A stretch of 46,142 nt of DNA from Escherichia phage ULINTec7, in sequence record MZ997841.1; one strand, 5' to 3'. The notes under the pieces are model-generated. The model ran no database searches, was not told where the DNA came from, and was given only the letters and a program-made list of their open reading frames with translations. How positions within the stretch are numbered: the first letter of the stretch is position 1; every line of letters begins with the position of its first letter. Shown one piece after another: positions 1-7,875 of the stretch. The translations under genes were made by a program, and so were the position numbers.

Positions 1-634
1 CCATATGGGGTCGGTCGGCGGTTGACCTAGGAATTGGGCGGGGCGGGTCCGTCTTCAACCTGCTGCCGCAGGAAGCTCGACGGGTGGGCGAGGGCTTGCC
101 TTGTACTCGCTTAGTGGTACACAAGGAGAACGCCTAGGAAGCGCTAGGGCACGCCTTAGTATTGGACAAGGTGATTGCCTTAGTTCAACCGCTTAGGGCT
201 TACACGGGCCGTTTTAGGGCCATTCCTGAGCGTTTGACAGGGTGTGAGGGCGTGGGCTATCTGTTCGTTTCGTTCACTCCGCTTGCGCTACGTTCACTCG
301 CTCACGTGTACCTTAGGTTATTCCTTGATGGATAGCTTAGATTAGCCTTAGTGGATTACCTTAGTTAAAGCCTTAGTGCTTCACTTAGTATCAGCTTAGT
401 AGTGTACCTTAGTAAGTCTTAGTGTCTTCTCTTAGTGATTGCACATGCAAGCATGTAAGATGCCATTAGGTCGCGGTCGGTAGACCGCTAAAAGAAGGAG
501 AATAGTAATAAGATGCAGTAGGAGGAACACCAGAAGCCTAGCCAACCTAGCCTATCCTAGCTCTGTATCTATTGCTTTTCCTTAGTCTAACACGTTAGAC
601 AACCTATCTTATTCTTAGTGATGGTAACTTAGTG

Positions 635-663
635 TTGACAAGATAATCTTAGTGTAATACTAT
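635..663 (+). promoter_or_regulatory. Candidate host sigma70-type early promoter
   Basis: TTGACA at 635-640, 17-nt spacer, TACTAT at 658-663, upstream of the first early ORFs. Analogous to the T7 A-promoters. Confidence 0.45.
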
Positions 664-735
664 GCATCACGTAGGCGGTGCTGAGGCACCTAGTAGCCAG
701 CTAGTAAGGCATATGAAGAGACTAGCGCTTACATT

Positions 736-760
736 GCTCTTTAACAATTTGCTTAGTGTA
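736..760 (+). promoter_or_regulatory. Early-region conserved element, copy 1 (GCTCTTTAACAAT core, partial)
   Basis: Core GCTCTTTAACAAT at 736-748, lying 17 nt upstream of the ATG at 765. Confidence 0.4.
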
Positions 761-764
761 ACCT

Positions 765-989
765 ATGTATGCCGTGGTTAACTACTTATTGAATGAGGTA
801 TTAACTATGACATTAAACAACCGTGAACTGTCCGTTATCTTCACTCTGTTATGCTACATGATTCGTAACAACGAATTGCTTACAGATGATGAGTTGGCAC
901 TATATCACCGCTTTCTTAACGAAGGTTGGACAGATACAGTTAACCATAAACGTGACTTGATGAAGGAGTTAAGCAATGTATCAGCATGA
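765..989 (+). CDS. Hypothetical early protein
   Basis: ORF in early region. The ATG at 765 has no obvious SD; an internal ATG at 807 with GAGG 8 nt upstream is an alternative start giving 60 aa. Confidence 0.4.
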   Translation: MYAVVNYLLNEVLTMTLNNRELSVIFTLLCYMIRNNELLTDDELALYHRFLNEGWTDTVNHKRDLMKELSNVSA

Positions 990-1200
990 GGTTTTCTTTG
1001 AATCAGCTAAAGAAGCTATTCGATTGCATGATGATATGAAGTTAGCAGATATGAAGGTTGGCTTGACCAGCTTCCTGCTGGATTACAACATGGAATATCA
1101 CCGAGTTACCTTAGTATCTGAGTATGACAACCAAGTCATTACTGAGTATCTAGGTAGTGAAGATTATGATTACGATGAAGTAATCACGACAAATCTCTAA
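976..1200 (+). CDS. Hypothetical early protein, acidic C-terminus
   Basis: 74-aa ORF with AGGAG 7 nt upstream of the ATG. Confidence 0.5.
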   Translation: MYQHEVFFESAKEAIRLHDDMKLADMKVGLTSFLLDYNMEYHRVTLVSEYDNQVITEYLGSEDYDYDEVITTNL

Positions 1201-1208
1201 ATTAACTA

Positions 1209-1237
1209 TTGACAACCACGGCATACAAGGTTACATT
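1209..1237 (+). promoter_or_regulatory. Candidate host sigma70-type early promoter
   Basis: TTGACA at 1209-1214, 17-nt spacer, TACATT at 1232-1237. Confidence 0.4.
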
Positions 1238-1270
1238 AAGCATCAAGACGGCGACGTCTTTAAACATCCC

Positions 1271-1308
1271 GCTCTTTAACAATCTGGCTAGTGCCTTGGT
1301 AGGCTAAC
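1271..1308 (+). promoter_or_regulatory. Early-region conserved element, copy 2
   Basis: Core GCTCTTTAACAAT at 1271-1283 followed by CTTGGTAGGCT, 44 nt upstream of the ATG at 1327. Confidence 0.4.
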
Positions 1309-1326
1309 TACTTACTAAGGTGAAAT

Positions 1327-1539
1327 ATGAACTACTGCGACATCGCTCACGAATTACGCATGGAACGTGAGAAACAAGAAAGGCGGATTATCAAGAAGAT
1401 GGCTGTACTGCTTGCACACTATAAGGCAGACAAACAGCCAACACATGATGAGTTCGTGGACTTCTGTAACATGTATCTTAATGTGAGTAAGGCCACTGGT
1501 TACAGATGGCTTAAAGCACTGAATGATGGAGAATTGTAG
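1327..1539 (+). CDS. Hypothetical early protein
   Basis: 70-aa ORF with AAGGTGA SD, downstream of conserved element copy 2. Confidence 0.5.
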   Translation: MNYCDIAHELRMEREKQERRIIKKMAVLLAHYKADKQPTHDEFVDFCNMYLNVSKATGYRWLKALNDGEL

Positions 1540-1561
1540 CAATAAGCCAGCTTAATAGCTG

Positions 1562-1616
1562 GCCTATCAAGGCACTAACCTAGCTCTTTAACAATCTGGT
1601 TTGTGTCTTGATAGGC
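1562..1616 (+). promoter_or_regulatory. Early-region conserved element, copy 3, with flanking inverted repeat (candidate RNase III-type stem-loop)
   Basis: GCCTATCAAGG at 1562-1572, core at 1583-1595, CTTGATAGGC at 1607-1616. The two arms are reverse complements, giving a ~10-bp stem around the core. Confidence 0.45.
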
Positions 1617-1638
1617 TTACTAACAAAGGTGAACTATC

Positions 1639-1803
1639 ATGACTAACGCACAACGTAAACGCTATGATGCATTGCAAGAGAAACTTGCTGTTGCTTATGC
1701 CGCTTGGCAAGCTAACACAGATAAGAGCAAACACGATAAACTTTATAGTAAAGTGGTTGCAATTAATGCTAAAATAGATAAACTTGTGAATAGTATCTTA
1801 TGA
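1639..1803 (+). CDS. Hypothetical small early protein (54 aa)
   Basis: Hand-translated ORF below the 60-aa track cutoff, with SD AAAGGTGA and placed like its neighbours after conserved element copy 3. Confidence 0.4.
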   Translation: MTNAQRKRYDALQEKLAVAYAAWQANTDKSKHDKLYSKVVAINAKIDKLVNSIL

Positions 1804-1824
1804 GATAGTTGCTGGCACTAGCCA

Positions 1825-1888
1825 GCCTATCAAGGCACAAGCCACGCTCTTTAACAATATGGGTAGTCGCTTCTTAGTCTGGATAGGT
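1825..1888 (+). promoter_or_regulatory. Early-region conserved element, copy 4, with flanking imperfect inverted repeat
   Basis: GCCTATCAAGG at 1825-1835, core at 1846-1858, CTGGATAGGT at 1879-1888. Confidence 0.4.
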
Positions 1889-1956
1889 TAAACCTAGGGT
1901 ATTCTTTTGAGTTCCCTATAATGTAACCTAACTAACTAACTAATGAGGATTAAATC

Positions 1957-2283
1957 ATGGAACGCAATGCTAACGCTTACTACAACCTTCTGGCTGCAAC
2001 TGTTGAAGCATTTAACGAGCGCATTCAGTACGGTGCAATTCGTGAAGGTGATGATTATTCTGATGCACTTCACGAGGTTGTAGATAGCAATGTTCCAGTT
2101 TATTACAGTGAAATCTTTACTGTGATGGCTGCTGATGGGATTGATATTGAATTTGAGGATGCTGGTTTGATTCCTGACACGAAGGATGTAACCAAGATTC
2201 TACAAGCTCGCATCTATGAGTCTCTTTATAATGATGTACCAAATGATAGTGATGTAGTTTGGTATGAAGACGAGGAAAAATAA
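1957..2283 (+). CDS. ocr: Ocr-like DNA-mimic anti-restriction protein (T7 gene 0.3 homolog)
   Basis: Translation [45 protein letters not shown] aligns closely by eye with recalled T7 Ocr ([45 protein letters not shown]). Highly acidic, 108 aa. Confidence 0.88.
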   Translation: [108 protein letters not shown]

Positions 2284-2284
2284 G

Positions 2285-2398
2285 ATGGAAAGGCAATATA
2301 ACTTCATCTTCTCAGACGGTGTAACCTTGAAATGCTCCTTACGATTTGCGCAGATTCGTGAGGAAGTGCTAGGTACTACATACAAGCTATTTAGTTGA
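2285..2398 (+). CDS. Hypothetical small protein (37 aa)
   Basis: Short ORF immediately after ocr with GAGGA upstream. Confidence 0.25.
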   Translation: MERQYNFIFSDGVTLKCSLRFAQIREEVLGTTYKLFS

Positions 2399-2412
2399 CA
2401 CTATAAGAGAAG
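2389..2412 (+). promoter_or_regulatory. Phage-RNAP promoter-like sequence (variant)
   Basis: ATTTAGTTGACACTATAAGAGA matches the window consensus at most positions and resembles the SP6 promoter ATTTAGGTGACACTATAGAAG. Confidence 0.45.
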
Positions 2413-2474
2413 GCTTAACAAGGCGTTGCTACGGTAGCGCCTGATTAAACTTTCACTTACTAGAGGTTAAGATT

Positions 2475-2600
2475 ATGAAACTATCGCCATCAACTAAAGG
2501 TCTTATTGCAGAACTTAAAGACTCTTTGAGGAATCCAATCATTTGGGCACTTATCTACATACCTTATGGTATCTACCTGTTTCACCTCATCACTGAGTAA
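2475..2600 (+). CDS. Hypothetical small membrane protein (41 aa)
   Basis: Hydrophobic stretch IWALIYIPYGIYLFHLI, SD-like AGAGG upstream. Confidence 0.3.
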   Translation: MKLSPSTKGLIAELKDSLRNPIIWALIYIPYGIYLFHLITE

Positions 2601-2633
2601 CTAGCCTATAGCCTGCCTGTGTGGGCTATGTGA

Positions 2634-2654
2634 TATTTACTTACACTATATAAG
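2634..2654 (+). promoter_or_regulatory. Weak phage-promoter-like sequence
   Basis: ATTTACTTACACTATATAAGG, a degenerate match to the consensus. Confidence 0.25.
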
Positions 2655-2663
2655 GTGACTATT

Positions 2664-3548
2664 ATGACTACTGAAAACACCCTTCTGTCTGTTCGTGAAG
2701 CTGCAACCGCTGAAATCAAGCAGCACTTAGACAATATCGGCACTTCTTACATCAAAGTTGGCGCTTGTCTGAATGAATTACGCGGTGATTTCGAAGGTCA
2801 AAAAGACTTTTTAGCTTATGTAGAATCAGAGTTCGGCATCAAGAAGGCACAATGCTACAAGCTGATGAGTGTAGCCCGTGTCTTTGAAGGAGACGAACGC
2901 TTTAAAGGTGTGGCTATGCGTGTAATGCTGGCGCTTGTTCCTTTCGCTGATGAAAATATAATCATGGAGAAGGCCGCAGAACTCGCCGCAGATGGCAAGC
3001 TGGACACTAACGCCGTAAACGCCCTGATTGATCCTAAGAAAGAGACAAAGGCCGAGACGGTACAATCTAAGGCTGAGACAGTAAAACCGCAGGAGAACGC
3101 TACTGAGGCCGCAGAATCACAGGAAATGCAAGCGCCGCAGGTAGTTCCACCCGCTAGCGAGCAGGATGCCGACGAATCAGCACCGTGGGATGAGGAAAGC
3201 AAGCCGGAAGCGCCAAAGGCAGCGCCGCTGGATAACACGGCTAATACCGAAAACGCCGCTATATCTGGCCTACTGGCACAAATTAAGGCACTGACTGAGC
3301 AATTACAGGCAGCTAATGACCGCATCGCCTCCTTAAGTAGTGCACGCGAAAGCAAGAAGGCAGCCGCGCCTATGCTGCCGCAATTCAAATCTTCCTGCTT
3401 CTATGCTCGCTTAGGTTTAAGCGCTGAGGAGGCAACGAAGAAAACAGCAGTTAACAAGGCACGCCGCGAACTGGTTAAGCTAGGCTACGGTGAAGGCCAT
3501 GAAGCATGGCCCTTAATCTCTGAGGCAGTAGAAGAGTTGACTAAGTAA
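2664..3548 (+). CDS. Early protein of unknown function, in the slot occupied by kinase 0.7 in T7
   Basis: 294 aa from the ATG at 2664 (TAAGG 8 nt upstream); the ORF-track start at 2655 is a GTG. No kinase motifs seen. Has a central Ala/Glu/Pro/Lys-rich low-complexity linker. Confidence 0.6.
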   Translation: MTTENTLLSVREAATAEIKQHLDNIGTSYIKVGACLNELRGDFEGQKDFLAYVESEFGIKKAQCYKLMSVARVFEGDERFKGVAMRVMLALVPFADENIIMEKAAELAADGKLDTNAVNALIDPKKETKAETVQSKAETVKPQENATEAAESQEMQAPQVVPPASEQDADESAPWDEESKPEAPKAAPLDNTANTENAAISGLLAQIKALTEQLQAANDRIASLSSARESKKAAAPMLPQFKSSCFYARLGLSAEEATKKTAVNKARRELVKLGYGEGHEAWPLISEAVEELTK

Positions 3549-3611
3549 CCTTATCGGTGGCATCTTCTTAGGTGTCACCTATTAAGGTTTCTTTCACTAG
3601 GAGTAAACAAG

Positions 3612-6239
3612 ATGCAAGACCTACACGCTATTCAACTTCAACTTGAAGAAGAAATGTTTAACGGCGGTATCCGTCGCTTTGAAGCGGACCAACAACGCCA
3701 GATTGCATCCGGTAATGAATCAGACACGGCATGGAATCGCCGCTTATTGTCCGAGTTAATCGCGCCAATGGCTGAAGGTATTCAGGCATACAAGGAAGAG
3801 TATGAAGGTAAAAGAGGCCGTGCACCACGTGCATTAGCTTTCATTAACTGCGTAGGGAATGAAGTAGCAGCATATATCACCATGAAAATCGTTATGGATA
3901 TGCTGAATACAGACGTTACCTTACAAGCCATCGCTATGAATGTAGCCGACCGAATCGAGGACCAAGTACGTTTTAGCAAGCTGGAAGGTCACGCAGCTAA
4001 GTACTTTGAGAAAGTGAAGAAGTCGCTTAAGGCTAGCAAGACTAAATCTTATCGTCATGCGCACAACGTAGCGGTAGTAGCTGAGAAGTCTGTTGCTGAC
4101 CGTGACGCGGATTTCTCCCGTTGGGAGGCATGGCCTAAAGACACCTTGTTGCAAATAGGCATGACCTTGCTAGAAATCTTGGAGAATAGCGTATTCTTCA
4201 ATGGTCAACCTGTCTTCCTTCGTACCTTGCGCACTAACGGCGGAAAGCATGGTGTTTACTATTTACAGACCAGTGAACATGTTGGCGAGTGGATAACTGC
4301 ATTTAAGGAACATGTAGCGCAGCTCAGCCCTGCCTATGCACCTTGCGTTATACCTCCCCGCCCTTGGGTATCACCTTTTAACGGCGGTTTCCACACTGAG
4401 AAAGTAGCAAGCCGTATTCGTCTGGTAAAAGGAAACCGCGAACACGTCCGCAAGCTGACCAAAAAGCAAATGCCAGCGGTTTACAAGGCTGTTAACGCTT
4501 TGCAGGCGACTAAGTGGCAGGTTAATAAAGAAGTTTTGCAGGTAGTAGAGGACGTTATCCGTCTCGACCTTGGTTATGGTGTACCTTCCTTTAAACCACT
4601 CATCGACCGCGAAAACAAACCAGCTAATCCGGTGCCGCTAGAATTTCAGCACCTGCGAGGCCGTGAACTGAAAGAGATGCTAACGCCGGAACAGTGGCAA
4701 TCCTTCATTAACTGGAAAGGTGAATGCACCAAGCTGTACACCGCAGAAACTAAGCGTGGCAGCAAGTCGGCGGCTACGGTCCGCATGGTTGGTCAGGCCC
4801 GTAAATATAGCCAGTTCGACGCAATCTACTTCGTGTATGCACTGGACAGCCGCAGCCGTGTATATGCGCAATCTAGCACGCTCTCACCGCAATCAAACGA
4901 CTTAGGCAAGGCACTCCTACGGTTTACCGAAGGGCAGCGCCTTGATAGCTCTGAGGCGCTTAAATGGTTTTTGGTGAACGGGGCTAATAACTGGGGTTGG
5001 GATAAGAAAACTTTCGACGTGCGCACCGCTAACGTGTTAGATGGTGAATTCCAAGACATGTGCCGCGACATTGCAGCGGATCCTCTGACCTTCACTCAAT
5101 GGGTAAATGCCGACTCCCCTTACGGCTTCCTTGCTTGGTGCTTTGAATATGCGCGTTATCTGGATGCACTGGATGAAGGCACGCAAGACCAATTCATGAC
5201 GCACCTCCCAGTCCATCAAGATGGTAGTTGTTCTGGTATCCAGCACTACAGTGCTATGCTACGCGATGCAGTAGGTGCGAAAGCGGTAAACCTTAAGCCC
5301 TCTGACTCCCCTCAAGATATTTATGGTGCCGTTGCGCAGGTAGTAATTCAGAAGAATTATGCATACATGAATGCAGAGGATGCGGAAACCTTCACTTCTG
5401 GCAGCGTGACTTTAACAGGTGCAGAACTTCGTAGCATGGCTAGTGCGTGGGATATGATAGGAATCACTCGCGGCCTGACCAAAAAGCCTGTAATGACACT
5501 ACCTTATGGCAGCACACGTCTAACCTGCCGTGAATCAGTGATTGATTATATCGTTGATTTGGAAGAAAAAGAGGCCCAACGGGCTATTGCGGAAGGGCGT
5601 ACCGCCAATCCTGTACATCCTTTTGATAATGACCGCAAAGACAGCCTGACACCTAGCGCAGCTTATAACTATATGACAGCTTTAATCTGGCCTTCTATTT
5701 CGGAAGTGGTTAAAGCTCCTATAGTGGCAATGAAAATGATTCGTCAGCTTGCACGTTTCGCAGCTAAAAGAAACGAAGGCTTAGAATATCCCTTACCAAC
5801 TGGCTTCATCTTGCAACAAAAGATAATGGCTACCGATATGCTCCGCGTATCCACTTGCTTGATGGGTGAAATCAAGATGAGTCTCCAGATTGAAACAGAT
5901 GTAGTTGATGAAACGGCAATGATGGGTGCGGCTGCTCCTAACTTCGTCCATGGTCACGATGCTAGCCACCTGATTCTGACTGTATGTGACCTAGTGGATA
6001 AAGGTATTACATCCATTGCAGTCATCCATGATTCTTTCGGTACTCATGCAGGACGTACCGCAGACCTGCGGGATAGCTTAAGGGAAGAAATGGTTAAGAT
6101 GTATCAAAACCATAATGCCCTGCAAAACCTGCTAGATGTGCACGAAGAGCGTTGGTTAGTAGACACCGGAATCCAAGTACCAGAGCAAGGAGAGTTTGAC
6201 CTTAACGAAATCTTAGTTTCAGACTATTGTTTCGCATAA
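3612..6239 (+). CDS. Single-subunit DNA-dependent RNA polymerase (T7/SP6 type)
   Basis: 875 aa with [16 protein letters not shown] and [13 protein letters not shown] motifs matching the T7 RNAP catalytic region. Confidence 0.97.
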   Translation: MQDLHAIQLQLEEEMFNGGIRRFEADQQRQIASGNESDTAWNRRLLSELIAPMAEGIQAYKEEYEGKRGRAPRALAFINCVGNEVAAYITMKIVMDMLNTDVTLQAIAMNVADRIEDQVRFSKLEGHAAKYFEKVKKSLKASKTKSYRHAHNVAVVAEKSVADRDADFSRWEAWPKDTLLQIGMTLLEILENSVFFNGQPVFLRTLRTNGGKHGVYYLQTSEHVGEWITAFKEHVAQLSPAYAPCVIPPRPWVSPFNGGFHTEKVASRIRLVKGNREHVRKLTKKQMPAVYKAVNALQATKWQVNKEVLQVVEDVIRLDLGYGVPSFKPLIDRENKPANPVPLEFQHLRGRELKEMLTPEQWQSFINWKGECTKLYTAETKRGSKSAATVRMVGQARKYSQFDAIYFVYALDSRSRVYAQSSTLSPQSNDLGKALLRFTEGQRLDSSEALKWFLVNGANNWGWDKKTFDVRTANVLDGEFQDMCRDIAADPLTFTQWVNADSPYGFLAWCFEYARYLDALDEGTQDQFMTHLPVHQDGSCSGIQHYSAMLRDAVGAKAVNLKPSDSPQDIYGAVAQVVIQKNYAYMNAEDAETFTSGSVTLTGAELRSMASAWDMIGITRGLTKKPVMTLPYGSTRLTCRESVIDYIVDLEEKEAQRAIAEGRTANPVHPFDNDRKDSLTPSAAYNYMTALIWPSISEVVKAPIVAMKMIRQLARFAAKRNEGLEYPLPTGFILQQKIMATDMLRVSTCLMGEIKMSLQIETDVVDETAMMGAAAPNFVHGHDASHLILTVCDLVDKGITSIAVIHDSFGTHAGRTADLRDSLREEMVKMYQNHNALQNLLDVHEERWLVDTGIQVPEQGEFDLNEILVSDYCFA

Positions 6240-6313
6240 TATTAATAGGCCATTCCTTAGGGAGTGGCCTTTTTCTTTACCTACTACCTGTAACATTTCA
6301 TTAACATAAAAGT

Positions 6314-6329
6314 GTCTCACATGTGAGAC
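6314..6329. promoter_or_regulatory. Conserved palindrome GTCTCACATGTGAGAC, copy 1
   Basis: Perfect 16-bp palindrome immediately 5' of the promoter at 6331. Confidence 0.6.
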
Positions 6330-6330
6330 T

Positions 6331-6352
6331 TATTTACCGGACACTATAGGAT
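6331..6352 (+). promoter_or_regulatory. Phage-RNAP promoter
   Basis: TATTTACCGGACACTATAGGATAG matches the consensus. Confidence 0.7.
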
Positions 6353-6500
6353 AGCCGTCGGAGACGGGAAAGAAAGGGAAGATAAAGGATATAAAGGAAG
6401 TAATAGGTATTAAAGGTTATATAGGTTATCTAGGAATACCTAGGAATACCTATTACCTTCTTCCTTCCTCTTATTACCACTTAGAGGAAGGGCAGACCTA
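6353..6500. promoter_or_regulatory. AT-rich dyad-symmetric region, candidate primary replication origin
   Basis: Purine-rich arm at 6366-6411 and complementary pyrimidine-rich arm at 6445-6478, with direct repeat TAGGAATACC x2 at 6431-6450. Lies between two promoter copies just downstream of the RNAP gene, the position of the T7 primary origin. Confidence 0.45.
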
Positions 6501-6503
6501 GGT

Positions 6504-6520
6504 TGTCTCACATGTGAGAC
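6504..6520. promoter_or_regulatory. Conserved palindrome TGTCTCACATGTGAGAC, copy 2
   Basis: Same palindrome as at 6314, followed by a promoter-like sequence. Confidence 0.6.
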
Positions 6521-6522
6521 TT

Positions 6523-6547
6523 CGTATTTACCGGACAGTATAGATAA
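6523..6547 (+). promoter_or_regulatory. Phage-promoter-like sequence (degenerate: ACAGTATAGATAAG)
   Basis: GTATTTACCGGACAGTATAGATAAG differs from the consensus in the conserved CACTATAGAAG core. Confidence 0.35.
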
Positions 6548-6573
6548 GACTAACTTACTTTGGAGATTTAACC

Positions 6574-6711
6574 ATGCGTAACGTAGAAAAGATTACCCGT
6601 AGAAGCCGTCATGAGTGCGATGTAGATATTAGCACCCTTAAGAATCGTGCCAAAAAGTGGGTACAACAACGCGGCGGTGTCAATCGTAATATGAAACGTA
6701 ATTGGAACTAA
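6574..6711 (+). CDS. Small basic protein (45 aa), T7 gp1.1-like
   Basis: Hand-translated MRNVEKITRRSRHECDVDISTLKNRAKKWVQQRGGVNRNMKRNWN resembles recalled T7 gp1.1 (MRNFEKMTKRSNRN...). Confidence 0.5.
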   Translation: MRNVEKITRRSRHECDVDISTLKNRAKKWVQQRGGVNRNMKRNWN

Positions 6712-6721
6712 AGGGCAGACC

Positions 6722-7875
6722 ATGGCTATTATTAATAACATCCCATGTCCTCAATGTCAGAAGAATGGACACGATAAATCAGGCAACCACCTTATGATAT
6801 TCGAGGATGGTGCTGGGTACTGTAACCGTGGTCACTTCCATGATAATGGCAGACCTTACTACCATAAGCCTGAAGGGGGCATCGAGATAACCGAGTTGCC
6901 TATTACTGGCAATATCAAATATACACCTTCCCAGTTTAAAGAGATGGAGAAGGAAGGGAAGATTAGCGACCCTAAGCTACGCGCCATCGCACTTGGTGGT
7001 ATGCGTATGAAAGACCGTTGGGAGGTTATGAATGAGCAAGAAAGGGCAGACCAAGAAACAGAGTGGAAACTTGATGTTGAATGGTTCCTCACGCTTAAGC
7101 GTAAGAATCTTGTTTCCCGACACATTCGCGGCGACATTTGCGCATTGTATGATGTACGGGTCGGACACGATGAAGAAGGTAGAGTCTCACGGCATTACTA
7201 TCCACGCTTCGAAAAATGTGAGCTAGTAGGCGCTAAGTGTCGCACATTACCTAAAGACTTTAAGTTTGGTCATTTAGGTAAACTATTTGGTATGCAAGAT
7301 CTTTTCGGTATGAATACTTTGTCTCACGTGTTAGACAAGGGAAGACGAAAGGATTGCTTGCTTATTGTCGGCGGCGAACTGGATGCACTAGCAGCACAGC
7401 AAATGCTCCTTGATTCTGCCAAGGGTACTAAGTGGGAAGGCCAGCCTTACCATGTATGGTCTGTCAATAAAGGTGAGTCTTGCCTTGAAGAGATAGTACA
7501 GAACCGTGAACACATCGCCCAATTTAAGAAGATTATATGGGGTTTTGATGGAGATGAGGTAGGGCAGAAGCAGAATCAGCAAGCGGCTCGCCTGTTTCCT
7601 GGCAAATCCTATATCCTTGAGTACCCTTCTGGTTGCAAAGATGCCAACAAGGCATTGATGGCTGGCAAGGCTAAAGAGTTTGTTGATGCATGGTTTAATG
7701 CCAAGTCATCTGATGAAGTCTTTGGTAGCCAGATTAAATCTATCGCATCTCAAAGGGATAAGCTCAAGGCTGCACGTCCAGAGCAAGGACTATCATGGCC
7801 TTGGCCTAAGCTGAACAAGGTAACGCTAGGTATTCGTAAGAACCAACTTATCATTGTAGGCGCAGGCTCTGGCGT
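6722..7875 (+). CDS. DNA primase-helicase, exon 1 (zinc ribbon, TOPRIM, start of helicase Walker A)
   Basis: CPQC...C..GHFH zinc ribbon and LLIVGGELDALAAQQ TOPRIM resemble T7 gp4. The ORF continues to ...LIIVGAGSGV and then runs into a stop at 7895-7897 within inserted sequence; the proposed exon ends at 7875. Confidence 0.7.

Larger units (their letters stand above)
110..760. repeat. Dispersed array of ~20 copies of short motif CTTAG(T/G), consensus CCTTAGTG, in the non-coding left-end region
   Basis: Copies seen at about 110-116, 154-160, 178-184, 311-317, 345-353, 370-378, 383-391, 394-402, 407-415, 417-425, 429-437, 580-587, 612-620, 627-635, 648-655, 751-758. No ORF of 60 aa or more lies in 1-760. 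Confidence 0.7.

Noticed and set aside
1-300. Direct terminal repeat shared by the two window ends
   Set aside because: The first and last about 150 nt show no obvious identity by eye (both are GC-rich but differ in sequence). Either the second terminal-repeat copy is not included or the repeat is short; I cannot define terminal repeats from this window.
2664-3548. Calling the pre-RNAP ORF a T7 0.7-type protein kinase
   Set aside because: The position is suggestive, but no kinase signatures (Gly-rich loop, catalytic HRD/DxxxxN, DFG) are visible, and the protein is dominated by a low-complexity linker.
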